Assembly: GCA_963924565.1 (NCBI GenBank)
Contig: OZ004610.1
Coordinates: forward strand, 7,688,001 to 7,752,000
DNA length: 64,000 bases
Direction of reading: 5' to 3'
Source: Ascidiella aspersa
Taxonomy: Eukaryota
Position 1 is the first letter of the stretch; each line of letters begins with the position of its first letter. The notes under the pieces were generated by a model that saw nothing but the letters and a program-made list of their open reading frames with translations, made no database searches and was not told where the DNA came from. The position numbers were made by a program, and so were the translations under genes. This document shows, piece after piece, positions 38,373 through 49,300 of this stretch.

Positions 38373-39010
38373 TAGAGGATGACACCTTTAAATATTTTTT
38401 ATGTTGTGCAGTTGCACCTTTAGAAAAATCCCTTATTAATTAGTGATCATTCCCAATTAAAAGTAAAACAAAATATATGTTTTTAGCTTTTCGTGGTAAA
38501 TTCATTGCGATTTCCCGAACAGAATCATTAATTTTACTAAAAACGCCTAACAAGATTTAAAAGAACCTTTCAAAACGGAATACTGACTTTAGCTACAAAA
38601 TAAATACAAGCGTTTCAAAAGCTAACAAGTTGTTTTTTCGTACTACTTTAATTAGTAGGACGAGAAGAGAATATTAGAAAAAAACAAAATAGTAAAAGTA
38701 TCTGTGACAACGAAATGCCCCGCCGATTTATTTAAACACTTCAAGGTTTTCTTATCGGCAACTTCGGGTGTTCTTTTTGATCGATTTATGCTCTTTTTTA
38801 CCGGGGCGTAAAGTTTTTATTTATACAACGACACACCAAAGCGAGTGCGAAAGAAAATAAAAGAGGCGAGATAAAACACATGTCAAAAAGTGACGAAGAT
38901 TTAGCAGGGAGGCATTATTAAAATACAGTTGGGATTCAGGGTTACTTGTACTGAGCTTTAAAATAGACCTGTCCACCTACCGAAAAAGTCATTAATTGTA
39001 TTATTCTTAG

Positions 39011-42000
39011 TGGCGACAAGATGTTCCGATTTTTGTACCGATTTGACCATACCGAGGAACATATTAAAATTGGGCACGGATTCGGCGTACTCACACCGGT
39101 TCGATTTATGCTCTTTAAAAGCTATGTTGCCATCTTGTGGCGGGAAAATTCATTCTGTTTAACGCGTGGCGGAGCTTGTGGAAAGACAAGTTCACTGTGG
39201 CAGATGTCTCGGGAAGGACGATCTCGTCATTCACGGGCCTTGTCTGCCTTGCAGATGCTTGTCGGAAATGACTATTGAGGTAACGTTTTTGTTTTTCTTA
39301 GTCTTTTTCATTATTGCAAGTTCAATGTTCACTTAACACTCCGTGTAACACATTGGAATTATTTATCTATAGGTAGCTACTATAGTATATACAGAACAAA
39401 AATATAATATTAGTTATAAAAAAGGTATTTAGACTGTAGTAATAATATAGCCTTGTAAAAGGTATTTAAATGTATTGCATTTTACTTCAGGATTTTTATA
39501 TTTATTAAATGGTATTTGTACACATTTGAAAAACTTTCTAATTAACTGGTTTAGCGTTGCACAATATTCGCACAAGATTCTTTTTTTCAGTGGCATAAAT
39601 TTCGTTCAAGACCACAATAATCCTTGTGGTCTTAAACGAAAATTGACTCAAGGTACTCGGTATTAAAATATAAATAGCATTCTACAAGCAAATATTTTTT
39701 AATTTAACTATATGAAAAAAAATATATGTTTGAAAACTCACAAAAAACCTGTAGATAAATCTAATTACAAAAAAACACTTTTGCTTAAGGCTATTTTCAA
39801 TTAAAGCACTTTGGAATGCGGCTTAATGGGCGGCAAAACTCTGTTGAAAAGATGATTTGATTAAAGCCTGAGAAAAGCGTGTAATTAGGAAACTCGCCTG
39901 GCTTTTAACTGAGAAAGAAGAAAAAATGGATTCTGTAAAGCTCGATTCATTTTAGCAAATAGACGGCGAACTGAAAAAGATAACCAGTCTTGCTAGTTAG
40001 AAAGAACCCATGAGCCCTAAAAAAAGAAATTTAGAATTATATCCCATTAAGGGAATGTTGAATGCGAATTAACAAACCTACAGTTTATTTATACCGTAGT
40101 TTTGCTAGCAGAATTTGCTCTGAATTCTGGACGCAGATTGTGAATTACCATTACATTTAAATAACCCGAATTCAAGGTATTACTTTTCAGTTTAGGCTGA
40201 AAGTTGCGCCTTAGGGAAGTGTAAAATTGGTCAGGAGAGTATACGCTGTCGTTTGTAGGTCAGAGTGTGTGTTTTAAAGAATTTACAACTGCCTGAAAAT
40301 CCAATGTCAAGGTTTTTTGAAAAAATTAAAACAAGTTTTAGAATATTACGTCTAGTTGCCAGTGAGTCACGAAATTTGTTGTGTTCTGCCGCAACTTATT
40401 GTGGTGGGCTTTCATTTTGTGACCTTTTTGAATCCTTTGTGGAATATTTCAACACCAAGCCTGAACTTTTATTATTTTATCGAAGATTCGACGAAGGACC
40501 TTGGATGTTGAAGACCGCGTGAACATGAATCTGGAACTCCAAACAAATCCGGTTTTCATTTGGAGGTAAATTTAAACAAAAAGACGGAACTAAGAAATAT
40601 GGTTATACATTGTTTACGAACTAAAACGGTGCTGAAACGATTTTATGATAAGTCGACTAAATTAGATGCTAAATCAACAGTTAAAATAAAACCAGCGTGA
40701 AACAGATCAACTAATCACAATTGATTTAATTTCCAATGGTTTGTTGCCCTACCGTAGCTTACAGTTAGTCGCGTTAATTACAGCGAATCTGTAAATCTTT
40801 GCAAAGCAAAACCTTCCTAAACAGAACATAGCTGAGTTTCTCCAACATTGTGAAAATGAGTTGTGCTTTACAAATAACTAAATATATTTAGGTTTTCGGA
40901 AAAAAAAAAAAACTATGCTACTATTTAAATTCCCTTTAGTATACCTATTTGTCGGACGGTAGCACAATAACGTTTCCACAAATATTAGGTTGATTGCCTT
41001 TAAAGAGTAACTTGTTATTTCTTGTTTCAGGATTCATTCGGCATCTCTCCAGAAGTAAAAACTTTTACGATGGCAGAAATTGTCAGACGGGTGAGTTATT
41101 TGGAGTAAGCTTAAGGCACAATTTGGCAATTATATAAAGAGAAGTTATAATGTCACGTTTAGGAAAATTAATCGAATGTTATACGTGAAGAATAATTTTT
41201 AACGGTCCGTATTATTTTCCCTGTTTTTATTTTAGTTTTCAGTATTTCATTTGCATTTTGCCCAAAAGTCACATGAAGTCTCACAACTTTTGATGGTGTT
41301 AGCATTTAACACCAATTCATTATGGTTATTTTTAGTTCTAATATTAAACCAATTATAAACCATTTTTGCCATTTTTCTTTTATTTGCGAATTCTATGTTT
41401 TGCAAAATATAATAGTTCTTAAATGACATCTTGAATAACTTTCTCCTTCATAATATTATAGGTTTTTTTATGATAAAATGTATTTTTTTTTACAATAATA
41501 TGTAGTTTTTTCTTACAGTAAGATGTAATTTTTGTATTATTGCAATATATATAAATTTGATTTCTTGCAGATAGCTTCCCACACCCACTACAGTTCACGC
41601 GTTGTTCCATTGTCCCCTCTTCGATGTCACAACCGACTTAACGACATTTCCGATCAGCAAATAACCAAGTAACGTAGTAATATAACTGGCTGTAGCGCGC
41701 CTCAACTTCGATTGTAAGAGTGTGTTTTTTTAGGCAACTCTTATTTGCTGAAAACCGGTACGTACAGGAAAGTGCGTTTGTTTTTTTGTGGGAGTTTTTT
41801 TCGGTTTAGTAATTTTATATGGCAACTTTGCTTATTGATGAAATAGTTGCTGTCTCTTAAGAATTGCTAAGCGTCATCCCAGCCAATTCTTAGTTGTCTT
41901 ATTTGGTGCATCTGCGAATGTAAATGACGTAATAGCTTACGTCACTATTTAAATCGCCTCTTTTGCGACTATGACGTATCGATACGTCAGATCGGTGCGG

Positions 42001-43883
42001 TGCGTAACGTTAAGATATATGTTACTATAATTAAATAGGTTTCGTAATGATAATGTGGCGGACGTTATGCGGTAAAAGTTATTCGCAAATAGAACCTTCA
42101 ACGCGTGCGTATATACATTTAAACCGGATTTTTAAATGCTTTTGTCTGTATTTATTATATTACCTTTCAATCGAAGTTGATCCTTACTGTACACACAAGT
42201 TGGGTAATGAACGTCAATCAAATTAGTTAATTGGGATTTCTCCTAGCGTTTGCTAAAATTGCAAACTTTTTGCATAAAAATATTAAATTTTGAATATTTG
42301 TTAAAAGTATAGTTAAAAGTGTTTACAAAACTGCGCTACAGCCATTGTTTTCGTGCTTTTTTCCCTAAATTTACCTTTATTGTTGGTTCAGCATTAGAAA
42401 TATTTTGTAGTTTTCCATTTTAAATTGGGTAATCAGTCAAATAATAATATTTGATCTGGATTCGATCTTTGTGTTTATTTATGCGCATTTCTAATCTGAA
42501 CCAAAACTGTAGAAATTAAATATGTTGTACCATTGGCGGGACCGAGATCACCGAATCCGTTAAAGCGCGTTTTTATCGCATTTTATCGCTGTTCGTCGCT
42601 GTTCGTCGCTGCGCATTCGTCCTACGCGTTTCGCCTTTGCGTGTGTAATGATAAACTTGCGCCTGAAGTAATCAATTAGGAAAGAAGCAAAGACACCACT
42701 CAAGGACCCAAGCCTAGCAAAGAGAAGAACTTGAAGCAAACAAGAACAAATCAAACGAGTAAGTTGTGTGTTTGATTTTGAACGAATGCATTTTTTGTTA
42801 AGTTACCGCGATTTATGTTTTTGCAGAACAACCACCAGCTCACTCCCGCCCCAAGCGGATTACACATGACCAAATGTTTGCCTTTTACTACAAGGTAGGT
42901 AAGAACATTTGATATAGTTTTACTTGGATAGGCGCTTTTATTATTATTCTATAATTTTAATTGTTCAACGCAAGGCTTTTCAAGTGTTACACGATCAGAT
43001 TTTAAGTCTTATGTGTAATTTTGGAAAATTACCGAAACTATAACACTATTGTAGCTTTTCTAAGTTAGAATGTATTCGCCACATTGACTTGACTCATTAA
43101 AATCTATGAACAGCACTGAAAGCGATTTTTGTAGTTTTCAGGGTTTAACAAACATAAGTTAGGCAAAACAATTTCTTGTGATACGTAGCGATTTTTCAAT
43201 AAACGTCTAGTGAAAGCCATCAAGAAAGAAACACACTTTTTATCCTTTGTGAAAACAGTTAACGTTATGGTAACTGTTTAAATTGTTTCAATGGTATTTT
43301 ACTTATCCCCATTAGGTGCACCAAGCCGACTGTCATCTGAACGAATGTGATGAACTTCCAAGTCGAATAGACATCTCGTGCTTATGGATTTATAGCAAGG
43401 TGATTATAATTTTCATATTTTGCTGCTTAATAACAGTACACTATAAACGCCCCCGTGTGCTATACGCCTGTAGGTCTACGTATAATTACATATTGGTAAG
43501 CTGTTGTGAGGGTGAACAGGCAGGCAGGTGTCCGATTTAGTGAACATACTACCCCCATGAAGAACAGGAGTTGCTAATGATTCATTTTATTGCAGGTATT
43601 TAACAGCTGTTTTCCGTCCAGGTTTAATTTTAACATTTTGCAGGTTGTAGGACGTTGTGGGTTATTTAAAACACGTATAATTTCTGTTAAATTTTGCTGC
43701 TGATTCTTCAATTAAAATGGAGTGGTAGGTATGACAGCAAAATTGTGAGTGAATCTTAATTTTACTTTAATAAAGTTGCTCCTAAAATATTTTTTATTTT
43801 ACAGAAAGACAAACGCCTTGAGCGCTCACTACAGATGTCTTGTTGCTGGACCCTGGATGCAACTAAACATTTGTTGAAATAAA
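39011..43883 (+). other. Candidate multi-exon orphan transcript (lncRNA or 109-aa small protein)
   Basis: Short blocks with good splice signals: 39011-39279, ?-40565, 41031-41090, 41571-41668, 42680-42758, 42827-42894, 43316-43399, 43805 to AATAAA at 43878-43883. No recognisable domain. Confidence 0.45.
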
Positions 43884-46345
43884 ACAAACAAAACACACAA
43901 AGTGTCGTATTTTCTGTAGAAAATTAGAAGAATATGTGCAACAGTGCACCGCAATCAGTGTATTCCTCACACTGTATTATAGATTACTGCTTAACAAGCC
44001 TTTTTTCAGTACTTTTATAGTTTTTTTAAATATAACCTATAGAGTAGACATGACTATATTTTGTTATTTACTCTGATTACTGCCACTTAAAGGACTTCGT
44101 TAAATTAAATTTATCCCACAACTGTTGCTATACTATAGGCATAATAATAATGAAAATGTTCACATAGGTTATTAAGTTCCTTTTCTATTAAAGTAACAAC
44201 CCTAAAACAAACAAGTTGCCAGGTGTCAAGGGTACTCTTTATAACGCCACGTTATGACGTATCTTTGTAAAGTCGTCTCTGAAAAATAAAATTGTCATGG
44301 TTAAATAGAGTATTTACATATAACAATAATATGCAGCATTTTGCAATAAGCGCGATATATCATGTGCATTCGGGCAATGCCCGGATTTTGCGTGGTTAAA
44401 AAGTGCTGGGTCAAGTAAATACTTTCTCACAATTCAAAGTAGAATGCGGCCCTTATGAAAGCAGCAACAGTATTAGGTCTAACCAATCTTGCAACTTTAG
44501 CTAACAGCAGCAATTATCAAACAAAACGGTATTTAGTTTAAAAGTACCAACCGAACCAGCGATTCTGTCGTAGTGTTTAAACTGTATGGCAATATAAAGC
44601 AGCTGCGCTTCTATATAAACTGATGAGCATTTAACAAATATAACTGTCTTTAGTTTTACAGTTGTTACCGAACAGCGATCAACCTTACTTTCGAACCTAG
44701 TTACATCCGACAAAATCTTATTTACAAATATGAAGCACGAACAAACTGTTTTGAAAATTTACAAAGAATTGCACAGCGGGGTTAATATTTGTAATCTTGC
44801 AACTTTAGCAAAACTGTCGGTTTCGGGATGCTTTAGTAAATAAGCGCTAACCTAATCGGCTTCAACTTAATGACATTTTGTAATATGTATATCGATCGGA
44901 AATCACTAACAAACCTAAACCTTATTTTGTTACTTGAAACGACTAAATACCCAACGACTAAGCACATCAAACATCTTTTACGTAACGAAAACCCATGACC
45001 TGTACCGATAGAGAACCACTCACAAACGTAAAACCTTAAGTTGTAGCAGCCATTGTTCGCATTGCGTCAAATTCAAGCAATTACGTAATTCCGGTACCAT
45101 ACTGCGTCAAACGTAAGTAAAATCTCGTTTAAAACTGAAAAATGATTACCGGTACTATAAAAACCGCCGCAATAAATGCGACATTTTGCGACATCTATAT
45201 ACCCAGTTTTGCGCAATAACATACTTCAAGGAGTTCTTAATTATAAAAGTCTTAAGTTCGAAACATAACAATTTATTTTTATTAAGCCAACTTTATACTT
45301 TATGTCCATTAACTATGTAACTTATCTGCGCGGCTTTAAAGATCTAATTCTTTGTCTCTGTAATTTCCCAGTAGCTAACACGTCTCGCATATTTTACTTA
45401 ACGAAAACCGGTGACATATATCGATCAAAAATCATTAAGAAAAGAATGTCATAGCAGGAATTGTTAAATTGCGAAAAGCAAATACGTAATCCCGGTAGGT
45501 ACAATATGTCATTCAATGAAAGAAAATCCCGTTTGAAAAGTAAATTTATTTAGTGTTCAAACCGCTGCAGTAAACGCGATAATTTGCTAATTCAGTCCAA
45601 ATGTTGCGTAGTTTATACTCGGTTAGGGTTGCTGTACTTTCACACGTTTTTTTATGCACAGCAACTAAATATGTAGCGACATTTATCGATCTAGAATTGT
45701 TAACAAACGCCTTAAAAATAAAAGTTGCTCACCTGTGACCGGTTTGCGACGGCGCCTGCTTGAGATGCGACTTTCTCTCATATAAAGAAACAATTTTTTT
45801 TCTGTCTGGGAGCACACGAGTTTCTTTCTATTTTTCCACGTGCTCGGCGACTCGCCTAAGAGGGAGCAAAATGAGCCACGTTGCTCTGTCTGTGTCTCCC
45901 TAAAACACGCGAACATGCAGCCGACTGCCGGTTAACAGATATCGTGTGCAGCTTTTATAATTGAGAGCATGAAAATAAAAAAATGGATAGGTTAAGGCAG
46001 GGGTAAAATATAGAATCTAAAATAGACATAATGTAAAATTCAGCATAAAACGTAAAGTATATTATTTTACCTAAATGAGTCTCGGGACAGATTAAATAGT
46101 TTGTCCGGCCGGTCCCGGCCCGCGGGCTGTATTTTGCCCAAGCCTGCTCTAATACAATTTTTTTCTCACTCACCATAGCATGGTGTCAACGAGGCTGTTG
46201 TAAAGACGTTAAACAGCAAACCACAACACACTCGCATTGAATTCATAATATATTCACAAAAATATTAACGATTTATTTACAGAGTTTCCATTTCATTGCG
46301 TACATAAGAATCAGCACCGAGACTGGGTAATTTCGCTTTTTGTAA

Positions 46346-49300
46346 TTAGCACTTCAAAAATTCCATCCTCAGACTGGCGTAGTTGCTAAATGACATAACG
46401 TACAGGCGGAAGTACCTTGCGGTTATGGCTGGAATGAATAGGTTCACTTTGTAGCTTTCACGGTCGTGGTTGCCGACGAAAATCTGTAAAATGTCGAGTT
46501 GGTGATAAAGACTAGTTTTACTACAGTTGCTCGACATTTAAGGTTTTTCTAACTATCCTAACAAGTCTACATTTGTATTAAGTCGTCTCTAGGGCGGATC
46601 TATTTGGGGCCATGCCCCCGAAACTGTTGGTTATATTTTGCCTATAAAGTTGAAAATATCTCCAATCTAAATTTGGTTTCCAATATACTATTGCCATTTT
46701 GTTGAAATCGTTTAAGCCCAAAGGCGTCGTGCGTCTCATCGCTTAAAAAATGAAAATTTTGGTAACAAATTATTTTAGGCCACTTTTAACGCTGCACGCC
46801 AGAGTTTTTGTGATGTAAGTTATCCTTAAAATAAGCATTCCCCTCCCAAACAAAAACGCTTTACCAGCTCCTGGGCGATATTAAAGTTTTTGAAAGATTA
46901 AAGCCAAATAAAAGCAAACGGTGCAAAGACAGGACATTATTTAAAAAAATATTTTTGGGCCTCTGTTTAAACGTTACTTTGTCTGTTCCTTGTGCGTTGT
47001 TCACGAATTGTTGGGAGGTTGTGCTGTTGCCGTAGGATATCCTGAAAGATGTGATCCACTGGTCGTACAACCTTCGGCCTTGGGTTACTATCCCCGTGAT
47101 GGTAGTGGATGAACCCAGATCAACTTGAATCCATTGGCCGACTTGAGCTGTTGATCACAAAAAAATCGCGCCGAAATAAGATATACCCAATGTGTATTCT
47201 GTGATGAAGCCCTTCTGAATCGTATTTGCTAACGATGGCAGTGGTGCGACGTGCTCCCAGAGCGACGGCCCAGATTGGCCGGAGGTCGTGAGTTCGAACC
47301 TTACCGCAGGCTAGTTGTCTTTCGCCTCACAAGGCTACCTGATTTTGGTTAGCTTTTCTAAAGGCATCCGATGTGTTGATCTAGTAATGACTTTCAGGGT
47401 ACACCGAAAGCCATTGCAGACTTACCGAATCTGTCGATCAATGATGCAAGCAGAGCAGACTAAAACAAACTAGCCTGCAGCGAGGTTCGAACTCACGACC
47501 TCCGGTCAAGCCGGGACCGTCGCTCTACCAACTGAGCTATACAGGCTCAGAAGGGAACGAGTCGAGAAACAACCATACGCCAATGCTTGCTTAATCTGTT
47601 AGTACAAGCAACTTCATATTGAAGGGGATCCACATTACAATATTATTGTTCAATGAAACATGTACACACATATATATGTGCATGTCAACCACTGAGATCT
47701 AGCGCTTCTGAAGCTGCTTTAAAGGTCATAAAGCATAATGTGTCAATTGCTTGATGTTGCTACTGTAAATCATCTTCGATGTAATCGTTCAGTCAACGAC
47801 GCTTTTGTTGCGTCTTTACTTTGTCGTAAAATTAGACCTATGAAACAAAGTTGAAATAACAACCGTCCCGCTATGACGAGTCCGATTCTCACCTCACTTG
47901 TGTTTTTCAAGCTTTATATTCGTTCGTTCTTTTGGTGCGTGTGTCGTTTAAGCTAATCATTACGACTAAGTGATAGACTCCGCACAACTGTGGTTTTTAA
48001 TTACTTTTAGCTTGCGTGCAGTCACAAAATAATTTATATATATTTGTGGAACAAAAACAACCTTTTCATAACTTGCAAAACAAGTACAAAAATGGCAAGT
48101 TGGTAAATATCCTAACATTATTACATTTCTTTTGGATAGTGTGCATTTCATTCTACTGTTCCGTGCTTAATGAACGTTACATGGCAGACTTGAGAAACTG
48201 TCGAGGCACGACAAACAGTTTAAGAAACAGTGGTATAAATGTTTGGTATTGTGTTGAACCGTGGTGTAACGACAAGTAGTTACCATTGCCCCTGCCGGCG
48301 ACCCACACTCCTGGATCGATCGGGTTGTCCAGTCGAGCAAAACGCGGCCCGTGATTGGCGTCGTACACCATAGATGCTGTAAGAGCTGAATCTGGTATTT
48401 GCCGATTCTTCAAGCCAACATAACAATCCTCTAAAATGTATTTTAGTTTATTTGGATTAAAGTCTGCTAGCAAATAAAAGAACAAACTGACAGTTTTGTG
48501 TTTTATTCTACCGATTACAACTTAGTTATCTGGTTTACAGAGAAAGGTAGCCTACTTCGGTCTAACAAAAAAAAAATTAAACTAGCTTTTGAAAAGAATT
48601 CCCAAGAAAGAAGAACATTAATATTATGTTATATAAAGAAGTTTCTGTTCGTAGCAAACAAAACTTGCTTAGTTTGAACCCCTGGTATTATTTCGCCTTT
48701 AATAAGGTTATTATTGTATAGGCTAAGACTTGAAACCTACCCGGGTTTGCCTTGAAATTGAGGAGAGTCAGTGATGGTTTTAATTCGCGGTAAAATCCTG
48801 AACACAGAAGATTAACGTTAGTTAGTTAGTTTGTGTACATTTTTTACAATATTTAATTTGACATTAAAGACGTAAGTTATATACCAAGGTGCGAATCCCA
48901 TTTTTTGTTTGGGTTAGGGGCCCTGAAAAAATTGCAGAGATAACAAAATGTTAATTGATGACCTGAAGTTACAAATTTACATAAAACATTTTACGTTACA
49001 AAGTTACATCTACATGTGAGGCAAAATCCCACTTTATATATGTTTTTTTTAATATTTGACGATCATATAAGCGTAAGATGCTTCCATCACCTTTCAAGCG
49101 ATCTATCTCGCTTTGCATTTCATCAAGTCTCTGCTGGTCGCAAACGCATTCTCCGGGGGGTCCAACGTCGCCCTTAAAGCCCCTCGGTCCCCTTGGACCC
49201 ATTTTACCTACAAGAAAAGCATAGTTAATACGTTTGTACCTAAACGCAAAGTTTAAAAACCAGAGTAGGCCTTATGTAAAATATAATTCGCACAATATGA

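Noticed and set aside
30456-46000. let-7-type microRNA near Barx (by analogy with the human BARX1 neighbourhood)
   Set aside because: No TGAGGTAG-containing hairpin seen by eye on either strand.
47473-47546. Functional tRNA-Ala(GGC) gene
   Set aside because: The anticodon loop lacks U33/R37, there is an extra base before the anticodon stem, and degenerate copies with shared flanks show it is a repeat.
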